Positions 12,343 through 25,690 of a stretch of 64,000 nt of DNA are shown in pieces. Source of the stretch: Octopus bimaculoides (lineage: Eukaryota); the NCBI RefSeq assembly GCF_001194135.2, contig NC_068989.1:94440162-94504161 (forward strand), read 5' to 3'. The translations under genes were made by a program, and so were the position numbers. Below the pieces are notes generated by a model, which searched no databases, was not told the DNA's origin, and worked only from the letters and a program-made list of their open reading frames with translations. The first letter of the stretch is position 1. Each line of letters opens with the position of its first letter.

Positions 12343-12462
12343 TTTCAAATTTGGTATAACGCCAGCAATTTCGGGGAGGAGTTAAGTAGATTACATCGAC
12401 CCCAGTGTTCAACTGCGATATTTGAACTCAGAACGTAACGACGGACTAAATACTGCCGGATA
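12343..12462 (-). mobile_element. Family 2 SINE, internally deleted
   Basis: ttcaaatttggtataacgccagcaatttcgggga...cccagtgttcaactg...atttgaactcagaacgt; homologous to 52185-52378. Confidence 0.75.
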
Positions 12463-13403
12463 TTGATCAGACAAAAATGAATGAGCTTAAATGAATATGA
12501 TAGATCTTCTCAAGATCGCTGAAATTGACTTAAAAAATATAATTAAGTAGGAAACAATATTTAGAATACTATTGAAGATCTACGAAAGTGTTAAGGTCAC
12601 TTGGAGAATACTTCAGGTTTTAGCGCTCGACAACCCATATACATTGAACACCTTTATTGATATTATTGATATTATTGATAATGGTAGAAAATGGATTGTT
12701 TTAGGTATTAGAATGATTGTTTCAGGCAATACAAATACCTTCATTTAGATTGACAGAGAAACTCACACCAAAAAGGTGAATGTTGCGGAATGTGTTTTGT
12801 GCAATGAGTCGTGAAGTTTTCCGTAGCTCTTTGAATAAATTTTCGTAGACTAAAAATAAGTAAAATATTTGATGAAAATAACCGGATGTAATTGCCATAA
12901 AGTGATGACAGATGAATGCTACAGGTTGTAATAGCTGAGTTACCCAATTGCAGAGAAGACTCTCAAACAGATTCCGCGAGCCACATTCATTGGTCTTTTC
13001 GGAGTTATAGTACAAAACACTCGACTATGGTATCTTGAAGGGATAGTTAACACGAGCCCACATGATTGAGAATCGAACTTCATGCCCCTACAATGTATAT
13101 AATTAAACAAAATAATGAGAAAATATGTTTAGCATCCATTTTCCACACTTTCATCTGTTTCAATCTACTTGGAGTCTTTTCTGTGTAATTTGTCATGATC
13201 TCAGAAGCCTGCCAATTTGCTTTCATATCCGTTCGTCTGTCACTCGGTGTAGTATTGAAGTGTCGTATTTTTGTGATTCCACGATATATATGACATTTTA
13301 GGTACTGAGTGAACTTCTCAAATATTTAGTAATATAGGAGCATAGAAATTTGATCTGACATTAGACCCCCAACAAATGCCCATAAATTAATTGCATTTAT
13401 CTA

Positions 13404-13566
13404 GGTCACGATCGTGGCCTGTCGGACTGTCTCTGACGGCCACGATCGTGGCCCGTCGCGCTTTATGTATTGACAATTCTTCGTCTGATGGCATTTTTAT
13501 GAAATGGAAATAAGATATATCTTCATATAATTGGCCTTGTCCCATAGCATATGGGACAAGGTCAAT
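13404..13566. repeat. Cluster of three palindromes/hairpins
   Basis: GGTCACGATCGTGGCC (13404-13419), perfect GGCCACGATCGTGGCC (13438-13453), and a 17-bp hairpin ATTGGCCTTGTCCCATA-GCA-TATGGGACAAGGTCAAT (13530-13566) with one G.T. Confidence 0.9.
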
Positions 13567-14709
13567 GGTATTAGACATAATGGTTTTATACATATATATA
13601 TATATATATATATTAATGCACATAAACTTATTTAAAGTAATGATTATTCTTGCATGGATAAATACAACGGTAGTTCTTCATGTTGCTTCAATTATTTCCA
13701 TTATTTCATGGATTTTTCTATTCAGCATTCGTTGCCGTCGTCTTTAGCAATGCGTTTATTCTGTGGTACAGTTATTTATTGACAATGTCGCCCCTCGTTA
13801 GTTTTCATTGAATAGACAATGATAAAATACTTTCTAATCGTAATCATTCCATTGTTGACCTACTACCTAAGTAATTATCCTTTTCAAGTACGTTTTAGGG
13901 ATTATTTGAGGAGGATTTGACTGCAATCTCCAAAATTATGTGAGATTCCATAGAGTCTCCCTTCTTGTGTCGCGTTATATTTCTTTTCACTTAGCATTTT
14001 CAACTCTGCCGTTTTCATTGTTGCCTTCATTGAAATCATAGTTACCTTCATGTTTTGTAAAGGTGTTCCATTACTATTTACAGTATTATCCATGCTTGTG
14101 CTGTTGACAGTTTTACTATTAATGTTATTATAATTGCTGTTTATGCGGTTGTTTATAATAAAGAAATTATATGTATTTTCACTCCTCTCGTTGTCCGCCT
14201 GTATTATCGTAATCATCTGTTGACGTCATCGCCAACGATGTCATGGAATTAAGCCTTTTTTTTACAAAGATGATTGAAAAATAAAACCTGAACGTTATTC
14301 CTTCCCTTAAATCTCTCACGATTTCCGAAAACAAATAAATACAATAAATCTAATTAGCGTTAGAGACAAAAAATTGCAGAGTTATGTTGCTCCAGAGCTA
14401 CTTTAAGACACGTCGTTATGCCATAAAACCGTCACCATAATACCTAACATCACCGAGCTAACAACTGAACAACTTTCTGGCATTTCTATATATTAGAAGC
14501 AGCAGAGAAATCCCCACTAAATCAGGTTCTAACATTTAAGAAAAGTCTTTATTGCATGGCAATATCCTATGTACACTATTCTAAAAACGCTGTGCTATAA
14601 ACTGAGAATATCTTTCATTATAGAGTTGAATAAAGAGTCCCAATCAACGGCTATAAAATTAAAATAACTGCCATCACTAAAACACAATAATAGCAATACC
14701 AATAATAAT

Positions 14710-14872
14710 GGTTTCAAACTTTGGTATAACGTCAACCTTTACATCTTTGGGAAGTCGGTTACAGAGACCCCCAGCGCTTGATTAGTAGTAATTTGCACTC
14801 AGAACGTCAAAATGGACGAAACACAGCTATGCATTTTGTCCGACATGCTAACGTTTCGACCGGCTTGCCGCC
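14710..14872 (-). mobile_element. Family 2 SINE, internally deleted
   Basis: gtttcaaactttggtataacg...atttgcactcagaacgt...gacatgctaacgtttcgacc; same family as 12343 and 52185. Confidence 0.7.
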
Positions 14873-16148
14873 TTCTCAATACTACTACTGATAATAATAA
14901 CAATAAAGGCATTCAGCATCGCATCTAAGCTGATTAACAATTGATAACTGAATACGTTCCTTTAATATAGCCATTATTCAACAATACAATTGCCGTTAAT
15001 AGAGGATATTCAATTGTAAAACAGTCGAGGCTTGGTTTGTAGCATTTATCTCTATAAATATGTGTCGTCTTCTTTTAACATATCGATTTTATGGATATCT
15101 TATTACAGTGACAGAAATGCATTAATAAATCTTCAATCTTTCTATATCCATATGCATTAAATATAAACATTAAATGGAATATCTAACCTTCTCTAATGAA
15201 TAATTGATAATTTACTCGACAATTTCTTGATTTGAGGGTGTATAAGCAGATTAATCTTACTGTTGAAATACACATGATCAATTTTTACATTAACTCTTTG
15301 GTAATTCCATCAAAATACCACGTAAAGTACTTTTTAGCTCTAGATGCAATATTTTTATAAGATACTTTTAAAAGATGCTTTTATAACAAATATTAACAAA
15401 TATACTTTAAATGTGTACTAGTCAATGGCGTGTGAATTATAAATTGCATAGGGGAAACATTTAGAAATGCAAAACAAAACAAAAAACAAATATTACTTTC
15501 CATTGCCATTTGTTACAGATTGATATTATGTGGGGGTGCTAGATTCCCTTGTTCGAAAATGTAAGGACATAGACCGTGTCGCATAGCCAGCTGGAGACGA
15601 TGTCTCCTGGAGCTAAATTACAGCAAGATTCATTCTAAACCAGGACTGCCATGTTATGTTGGCAAATAATCTTTACTACAAATTACTGTTGCTGAATATC
15701 TCTCGTCGTGAGATTTAGAAATAGTAATTTTCTGATATTATGTTGTTTCTATATTTTATATTGATTTTCATCTCACACACACAGAAGGCAGAAATAGAGG
15801 TATAACGTATGAGATCGAATTCAATACACAAAGGGTAATCTTGTTATCAAGATCCGGATGACAAAGCGGTGAAATCAAACCTGTGATGAATTTGAAGTCA
15901 GAACGTAGATAGACGAATGTACCTTTTCTTTGAGAGACAGATCGCAAATCTTATGCCATTCTATTGACCTTAATGACTTTCATGTTTAATTTTTAATTGA
16001 TACTCTACTGTCTAGCCAGAGAAATTCTTAACAATGAGGGATTACATATTAAAATTGACAATCTAGAAATTACTAGAATAAGAATATTCTAGTAATTTTT
16101 TTCACAATCTTAAAGGCATTAGTGGCATACAGCACGTGACATATTGAC

Positions 16149-16335
16149 TTCAAATTTTGGGGAGACGTTAAGTCCATTACATCACCGCGTTGTTCAACTG
16201 GCACTGATTTTATCGACTCCAAAAGGATAAAAGGCAAAGCTGATACCAGTGGAATTTGAACGTAGAAATTCCGATGAAATGATACTAAAGACGTTACCCG
16301 GTGTGCTAACGATTCTACTAACGATTCCGTCTTAA
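16149..16335 (-). mobile_element. Family 2 SINE
   Basis: caactggcactgattttatcgactccaaaaggataaaaggcaaag...ggaatttgaacgt...cccggtgtgctaacgattc. Confidence 0.8.
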
Positions 16336-18118
16336 GGCACTTGAAATATTGACAACTTAAAAAAGAATCTGAATCCTTAACTCACTGGCTCACTTCGACT
16401 ACAAAATAACATTTACTTAAAGGCTACTCAAAGGTCAGACTTATTTGTAATGATTTCGACTATTGTGCCATCTGCATTCCATTCTGGAAATCAACTATGA
16501 AGCATAATATTGATGTGGTTTAATTGAAACAGAAATACTGCAACCAAACATGTTGAATTTCACTTCAAAGGTAATAAAACGGCATTTGATTCTAAAGCCT
16601 TGAATACTAAGCAAACACCATAATTCAAACGGTAATGTTTGGGGCGTGGAGATTTTAACGTCATTGGTTTGGAAAGTTCAATATTGCTTCAATAATAAAT
16701 ATTGAATTTAAATTCTGCGAATATTATCAATTAGTAATAATGTATGCTTTCCAAAATAATTCATGCTTATACGTGACTATTATGTTTATTTTCATTCATG
16801 TCTGTGTAAGGCAAATATCAATTTGGTAGGAGAAGAGACAAAGCATCGAATTCATTGAAACGCTTACGAGTTTGATTTGCAAATGACTGAAGTAATACAA
16901 AAAATTCTGAAAGTTTATTTAAATGTTGATTTAATTCCTTCGATAATAACTAGAAAACTGGTAAAGTTGAAGGATATAATATACATCATAATATATAATA
17001 TACATTATGTAGTTTGTGGGCGTAAAGATGTTAGCCTGTGAAGTTGTTTGGTAATTTTATTTTTTTGATTCAACGAAATATGTCAACATGGTACAAGTTA
17101 TATAACGAGTGTCAGTGTAATAAATTCAACATTTTCATACCAAAATATTAAGCAACACTTCCCAACACAGAAAATAACTCATTTATTCGGATTCTAGCTT
17201 TCCACTAAAACACCGGTAAATCTTCCAACAAGATTTTCAGAAGAAAAAATGCATATTCGTTTTCTTCCCCATTTACGTAACATTCCGAAACATCAGTATG
17301 TATTCTCACAAAAGGAATATATCAAGAATGAACTCATCGAAAAATATCATTTCTATTAAACAAGTTCTACATTTCCAGCTACATTTTATTTCTTTACCCA
17401 TCATAATTTACATGGTTTCCTACATTCTAATGTATTACTGTGTAGCAATATTAGTAACACGCTTCAGCATGTGATTCAAAGCAGCTTTTACTAGCATATA
17501 ACTAACAAGATATTGTATATATTGAGCATTACGAAAAACATTACTTTTGCAGATACACGCGTGCGCGCGCATACACGCGAATCTATATTTCTAAGTGCAT
17601 ACATACGTACATACATATATACAGACACTTATTTACATGAATTTGTACTCAGAAGCGTACATAAATATGAGCATACATGTATCTTTATATATATATAAAT
17701 GTACGTGTGTGTGTATGAGTTTGTGTGTGAGTGCATTCCTGTGTACGGGTACACATAACACGAAATTCATATTAATGCATATATTTTACAAACGAAATGA
17801 ATTACTTGCAGGAATATTTCAATGAGGACACGTCACGTTTGATTGGTATCAGTTGGTCTGAGAGCCGAAATATTATGAATAAATCTAACAGGTGATAGCG
17901 GTAGACAGAAAGATCACAGGATGGAGCGGAACACACAGAGAAAGTGAAAGACAAACGTTGTGTGAATAGGATTCGCTAAATTCTTATATTCCTCGAGTTG
18001 GGTTCATCCTGCGAACTGAGGAAGTAAAAGATATTATGTATACTAGTTTATACATCACACACCTTCATTAAACTATACAAACGGTTTGAGTTCATCATGT
18101 GAATAAATCATGTGAGAG

Positions 18119-18274
<156 letters not shown>

Positions 18275-18659
18275 GTAAAGAGGTGTTATGAGCGGTAGTG
18301 GTGTCTCTCTATCACACTTATCTCCCCATTCCTTCTATCAAACTATATCTGGCTGACCACTATCTGGTACACTTTCCCTTATCTCTATCTTTGTATTCCT
18401 TTTTTCTTTCTTTTCTTTATTCCTCTTACTATTTTTCTTCTTCCTTTTTTCTTCTCTTTCTATTCCCCTTTTTCTTCTTTTTTCTTCTCTTTCTTTATTC
18501 CTCACTTCCTGTTTTCGATATGACCTTACTAATACATTCCCTACTTTTAGGTCACTTTAAATAAAACAATCGATTCAATAACACTGTGTACAAACTCTAT
18601 ACACGGAACGACCAATTTTAATGACTATTGGATTTTACTCATAAAGTATTGGAATCTTA

Positions 18660-18900
18660 TATGAATACCATTCTGCCTAAATAATGGATTCACAAATACA
18701 ATATCCCTGCATATCTCACATCTATTTTCGTTCCTCAAATTCACTCTCTATTTCGTATCTTATTTAAATTAACTATTGCTTCATCATCGTCTCACACCGT
18801 CTCCGATGAAGGCATATAAGAAATATCCTGGAAACAGCTGTAAGACTTTCCATTTATAAATGTTCTAAAATCAACTCAGGCTTCCTTGGTTTTTATCTCA
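18660..18900 (+). mobile_element. PLE-like 3'-end repeat (family B)
   Basis: Homologous to 28165-28440 upstream of, through and downstream of the HHR motif. Confidence 0.6.
18799..18846 (+). ncRNA. Minimal type I hammerhead-like motif (family B), core U4->C
   Basis: GTCT-CCGATGA-A-GG(C)ATAT-AAGAA-ATATCC-TG-GAAAC-AGCT-GTA-AGAC; palindromic stem III ACAGCTGT, GUA triplet. Confidence 0.6.
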
Positions 18901-18918
18901 ATACGAAAAGTAAATCTC

Positions 18919-18958
<40 letters not shown>

Positions 18959-18980
18959 ATATATGTATATATATATATAT

Positions 18981-19150
18981 AATCAAAATAAGCAACAAGC
19001 ATATCCAGAGGTAATGCAGTACGATTGTTTCAAGCAACTCTATTCAATTGAACAATACACTCAATACATCAATTTAAATGCAGAGCAATCCTCAGCTGCA
19101 TAAAGACATAGAATTTAATTAAATTAAAACAGAACCACTATAAAGCCACT
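18981..19150 (-). mobile_element. PLE-like end (family C) abutting a (TA)n tract
   Basis: Carries the minus-strand HHR motif and ends in a microsatellite; the PLE assignment is inferred from that architecture. Confidence 0.5.
19014..19101 (-). ncRNA. Type I hammerhead-like motif with extended stem II (family C)
   Basis: Minus strand: ATGCAG-CTGAGGA-T-[long imperfect hairpin including GCTCT/AGAGT and AATTGA/TCAATT]-GAAAC-AATC-GTA-CTGCAT; perfect 6-bp stem I, canonical CUGANGA and GAAA, GUA triplet. Confidence 0.7.
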
Positions 19151-19680
19151 ATAAACACTTGTATTCTATCTCTTCACAATAAAGCTCTTGGCGGGGGACA
19201 TGACAAAATTCAAAACTTAAAAATAAAAGTTAAATTCTCTATTGCAATTTCGATGTTAGGAACCTAATGGTACCATTCCTATCTTCAGGAAAATGTTCCT
19301 ATAGATACAACTGGACACTAAAAACATTGGTTAAAGCTTACATGTGTCAACTTTTATCTACACAATCAAATCCAACTTCATGCACAGCGTTTATAAGAAA
19401 TGACCGATAAATCGAGTCACGGCGATCCACCGGATATAAGTGAAAACATTAAATAATTAAAGTTGTAAAAATATATTTATTCATAATTATGCACACTTCT
19501 TTTATGAAATTTATGATTACATGCTACACCATTGATTCATTCGTAAATGATTATGAATTGTTTATGATATATCCTTCGTAATGTATTTTTAGCTTTGACT
19601 AATATTTCTAGACATGTAAGGGATTTTGCAACCCTCTCCATTATGATTGTGATTTATTCATAATTATATTCAGTTTTTTT

Positions 19681-19732
<52 letters not shown>

Positions 19733-19757
19733 GAGAGTGAGAGAGTGAGAGAGTGAG

Positions 19758-19796
<39 letters not shown>

Positions 19797-20491
19797 CAGA
19801 CATATATGTATGTATATGTTCTAAAAGATAGAGCTCTTCATGTAACAATGCATTACTATAACGACAGTAAATACATAGATGATGATAGGGGAAAACATAT
19901 AGAGAGTTTACACTATACAATTCACACAATCAAACGGGGTCTTATACATAAATGAAATAAATTACAATAGTTATTGAACATTTCCTACTTTGTTTCCAGT
20001 TACAATATTCCGATATATCATCCTGGTTACTGACAAGATAAGACTAAAATGCTGTTTCATCATAATGCATCTAATTTTCTCAATAAAGAATGCTAATTAC
20101 TAATTTATCGCTAATTTGAGAAAATCTAAATGTCCAATTGTGTTTCGCATCTTTGCAGGGTGAACAGACGAATTAATTGATTAATTCCGGCATTTTAGCT
20201 TCCTCAATCAAGCTCAGTTTTGATCAGAGGAGATAAGCACGATGAAAGGTTACCTACCGTTTCTTATCCTTCAAGAATGATTAATAGAATATAGAATAGA
20301 TCTTCTACAACACATTACGTAGAATACTACCACAGATTTTAGAGTACAAATTTTGACTGTTCTCATTTAAGCATTCCTTCTATATACATGACGTCATCAC
20401 CGATTTTATGCTAAAATTGATATGACACTGCTTTTAATATTCTAATTATTGTTTTGTAACTAAGGATTTGCCATACATCTTTCACACTTAC

Positions 20492-20641
20492 AGTTTAGAA
20501 TTCTTTGTTGACCATTCTTCAAGACAAGAAAGGAAAGGAGATAAAGGAAGGATACGATAAGCACCTCAATCAGCCTCCCTTCCGGTGCAGCATCTGCAGT
20601 TATGCCTGTTTGACCCACATTTGACACCAGCAAGGTTGCAA
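20492..20641 (-). other. Candidate 150-nt exon; alternatively a plus-strand LINE C-terminal zinc-finger remnant
   Basis: Minus acceptor ccacttcAG and donor T|GTAAGT, open phase 1-1; the plus strand reads PPFRCSICSYACLTHI*HQQGCN, like RTE C-termini. Confidence 0.25.
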
Positions 20642-21664
20642 CTGAAGTGGTCATTCACAGACACACACACACACACACACATATATATATGTGTGTGTGC
20701 AAATTTATATATACATACATGAACGAATGCATACACACATTAATACATATATACATAGATAAATGCATACATACATATAAATAATGTGAGATTTTCGATG
20801 TGAAAGAATACAACCCAAACTAGAACGACACTTTCGTAATAAGTTGTCGTGTGTATATTTGTATAAATGACTGCAGTAAAAGAAAAGGAAATCTGTTATC
20901 GTCTGTCTTGATCCAATGTATAAAGCAGAAACTAACGACAGGAAACCATATATATATATATTGCCTTGTTTATTAAATGTTGTTTAGACTGATAAATTAT
21001 CGTATTAAAGAAGTTATAGCATTTTAACAATGATTTCTAATCCCATTCAAATAATGCCAAATAAGATCTTTGTAAGAATAAAAATAAAGAATGAAACTCC
21101 ATATAGTCGTTAAACCTGGCCCAAAACATTGTCATCACCAGCGGTTAAGGAAATTATATTACTCGAAATATCCGGTGGACTGCAAGCTATAAATTACAGC
21201 TATGTGTAAGACCATATATACATCAGCCGTATATATAAATATTCAACGTTAAGAAATGCCTCATCAAACAAACCCAAATATTGATTTCAGTCATTGTTTC
21301 CTCGCAGAAATTACGAAATTTCTTCCTGTGGATAATCCCATAAAATAGTTTTATTCGACGAATGTAATGATTCTATATATTACAGCAGAAATATAATAAA
21401 TGAAATGTAGGACGATTTTCAAAGTATTTAGATATCAGAAAAGCCAACTCGTTCATGCAGAAAAAACGCCTACTTAAAGGGACTATATTTACATTTTCGC
21501 AAGTGAAGGTAGCACGCCTATTTGTACAAATTTCGCTATTTTTCAAGAATTATCATCAATACATTGAAATACCTTTCAGAAAATGTATGTCATGTTGTGT
21601 ATTAGATATTCGCTTCGCCAAATTGTCAAATACAACCGCGTTTGAGTCTAAACATGATATGATG

Positions 21665-21711
<47 letters not shown>

Positions 21712-21904
21712 TCACACATGCTGACACATACAAACACTCACACGCAAATACATACACACGCATATAGTGAAAGGGAGAAGAAAGTGATTTATTTCTATTT
21801 CATTGAGTATCTAGAACTTGGAAGAGTTTTCAATTGGAGAACAGCACAGTTTTAGTATAGCTTTTTCAGAATGTTNNNNNNNNNNNNNNNNNNNNNNNNT
21901 ATAT

Positions 21905-21948
<44 letters not shown>

Positions 21949-23499
21949 GTATATGGGTGTGTTGGCGAGTAGGAAGTTTAAATCTCACAAGGCATTTATT
22001 GGTGGGACAAAGGTATGCTGAAATTGGAGTGAGTTAAAACATTTACTGTGATTGGAACTCTCTAGTGCCACTGGTAGATTGAATCTAACACTTTATTTAC
22101 TCTTTGAGGATTTTCTCTTATCTTTTATATAGAAAAACTAAGGCAAACCATCATTAAAGAGAGGGAGTGCATAGGTACTAATGGTACAATTGTTGCTAAA
22201 ATTCCAACTGAAATGTGTTTTTCTTTTATTGGTTTCTGAAATGCGATAAATAGGTCCAACCTTGACGCAAACAAATTGAAATATAGCTGAAAGGTAGAAT
22301 TGAGTGGAATTAAATATATTATGAAAAAGGGAACAAAACAATAAAATATATAAATCAACCAATGTTATTTATTCGTGCTTTCTTTTCCGGATTACATTCC
22401 GTCTGTTTACGTCTTCCCTCGCCTGCATTCGATGTTGTTTATCTCTTGCCTGGACCTATCAAATTCCTGAAATCCTGCCAGGTCCACTTTGCATTTCATT
22501 ATTCCGGTATCGATGAGATAAAATCCCGGTCAAAGGTAGGGGTCAATATTCTCAATAATACTCCCCACTGGAAATGTTATTTGTTCAATTTTATAATTTC
22601 TGAATTCAAATCCTTATGATAAAGGAGATTGCTGAGAAAATAATATTTCAATCTGAGGGAATAATAACTGTTTAGAAGTATTTTTTGGGTGGAGCAAAAC
22701 TGGTTAAAAATAGAAACACTTGAGTGTAGAGTTACTAATATGATCTGATTAATTATATGGTGTCTGAAATAAGGACACTTTTTTTTAACAGTTGAAGAAA
22801 CTTGCTGATCAAAGGGACAGGCACGTAAAGAGTTATCTATTTCCGTATTTTCACAAAAATACGCAACATACAAATATATCATTACAAAGAAAGAAAATTG
22901 TGAAGAATGACCGTTTGGTTGTTCCACATGAATTTTTTTGGCATTATTGGCTTTCATAAATAAGCATAAAGCATCCACCAATGTTGATTTGTATAAATGA
23001 GAGGACTAGCTAATAATTCAATTTTATCTCTATATAATTCACAGAATAGTGCAGTGTCATTTCACATTTTTTTCTATGAAACAGATTTGAAATAACAGAT
23101 TTGAAAGAGGAGAGTTAAAGAGACGAAACATGTTTCATCTTGAACACAAAATTTATTTACTCCGTCGTTCCATGAGAAAGAAGAACCAATATTAATTTTT
23201 AAAAACGATATGTGCACCATCAAGCACATCAATATAAAATGATGCGAGAACGACGCTTGCTGGTATTGTTGATTCGAAGCATCTAGTTGATGTGTCGTCA
23301 GGAACGTGTCCTCAATCAAGACTACACGCGATGGTGGCAAAGGTGATTCCTATATTAACACTTGACCTATAGAAATTCTTCAGAATCAAGACGCGTACAG
23401 AAATGAAATAGATAGTTCATAGAGTTCAGGTTATCACGCTGAATCTCTACGGTTCCTTACACCATTTTGGTGACTATAATATAGTTATTGTGGATTCAC

Positions 23500-23635
23500 G
23501 TGGGATTGTGGTTAGGGTATTTAGCACTTTATCGTAAGATTGTGGTTTCGATTCTTCGGAACTTTTTGTTCTTCAGTCAAACAATTCACTTCATATTGCT
23601 CCAGTCCATTCAGGTGGAAAACATGAGTAACCGTA
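23500..23635 (+). mobile_element. Degenerate CORE-type SINE
   Basis: gtggttagggtatttagcac...cgtaagattgtggtttcgattc...cttcatattgctccagtccattcagg. Confidence 0.7.
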
Positions 23636-24684
23636 CAATGTGACAATGGGAGGAATATATACGCCGCATAATTCGAGAAGCTGGCCTTAGAAACTATGGC
23701 TCGGTACTTTTAATCCTTTTGAATATAGTTATCAGAGGAATAGAGTCATGGTATACTTAGAACATGTAAAATAGCAAATCACAAGACTTCGCCTCCATAT
23801 TCGGCTGAACAAATTAACCACCCAAAAAACTGCTCGAGAAGAACGACGTGGAGTTGCGCAACAAAACGCGCCAACGCGTTACAGAAGGAATATAACGATC
23901 TATCATTTAGAGTTTAGAGAGCTTGAACTGTTCATTTAATTCCGTACATTAAAATTACCAATCTAAAATCTCCAATAAAGACGTTATACATTTTAAACCA
24001 CACTTGTTGTTCATTATAATTAACATTGTTCGTTCAAAATAAAGAATAGAGTCTAAAATATAAGGACTTAGTTAAAAAAAAACCTTTCGTGAAATAATAA
24101 GATATTAACATCCTCATTAAAACTATCATTATTGTAATTATTTTATTTAATATTGTTTTAGCTACTATTGTTATTTCCTTAATATTTGTCAGTAATATTA
24201 TTGAAAATATCGATTTATAGGTTATTGAAAATAATTAAGAGAACATATGGCACGTTGGATAGGTCTCAAAATGAAAATAGTAATTGTATTTCATGCTGGC
24301 AATTTATATACAAGGGTTAATGAGGTGAGTGTAGTAATGAAAAATCGATTGTTGAATGTTTCACTCAGTTATCTTTATTGTTGTTCTTAAAGATATCACG
24401 TGACCTGGGTCAAATGACTCTTGCATCGAACAATTGAATCAACAAACTAACAAAATATTTTTCTCGGTATTTCACTTCTGTAAATGAACGTATAATAATA
24501 CAAAACAATACAGGGAAAGAATTACATTCTTTCAATTTATGGCACCATGGTAAAGGGATGGCTAAAAGTTTCAGGAATTCGTTTCGCATCCTCAGTGTCT
24601 CCGTGTATAATGATCACGCTGTGTGAAATCTTGAGCTTCACCGGAGAATTGTGAATAGACGTAATGGACGGAAACAGCAAAGAC

Positions 24685-24945
<261 letters not shown>

Positions 24946-25230
24946 CAGAAATTGTTGTATAGAATGCTCAAGTGCTGTAGAACTAAGACAAAACAAGCCA
25001 TCAGGTGTACTGTTGGCGGTTTTCAGGAGGCATGAACGTTTGAATTTCATAGTGTTGTTTTTGTAAACAAACATCATGTATATTTTACTGCGAACTTCAA
25101 AAATCGACGTTTTTACAGAAATGCCTTTTTACGGAATTGTGAAAAGCTACTTCTTATCAAAAAACCATTGCGGTTCATATTTGTTAAATATCAACAATCT
25201 GTGAAGAAACTTTATATATGACTTGATACT

Positions 25231-25428
25231 AGGTGGAGGTGTGGCTGTGAGGTAAAAAGTTTGCTTCTCAACCACTTGGATCCGGGTTCAGTCCCACTAT
25301 GTGACACCTTGAGCATGTGTTTTCTAATATTTCCTTGGGCCGACCAATGAGCTGTGCATGGATTTGTTAGACAGAAACTAAAAGAAGCCCATCGTATGTG
25401 TGTGTGTGTGTGTGTGTTTGTGTGCGTG

Positions 25429-25478
<50 letters not shown>

Positions 25479-25690
25479 TTTGTGTCTGTGTGTTTCATCA
25501 CCACCGCTTCATAACTGATGTTGAAGTTTAAGTTCCCATGAATTAGCGGTTTGTCAAAGGTGTCCAATAGAATAAGTACCAGGCTTAAAGATGTACTGCG
25601 TTCGATCTATTCGACTAAAATTTATTCGAGGTGGTGTCTCATCATGGCCACAGTTTAATATCTGCAACAACAGAAAGATAAAAGATGGAA
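25231..25690 (+). mobile_element. Family 1 SINE, full length, with internal (TG)n
   Basis: Head gtggctgtgaggtaaaaagtttgcttc...gggttcagtccc; tail tagaataagtaccaggctt...cgactaaa...catggccacagt. Confidence 0.92.

Noticed and set aside
13902-14216. 104-aa Asn-rich minus-strand ORF as a coding exon
   Set aside because: Low-complexity AAT/AAC-rich composition explains the openness; the acceptor is weak and no motif is recognisable. An AAG|GTAACT donor exists, so it is not fully excluded.
23840-23882. E2F/MCB-like promoter sites (GTTGCGCAAC, CGCGCCAA, ACGCGT)
   Set aside because: Short motifs with no supporting TSS or CpG-island context.
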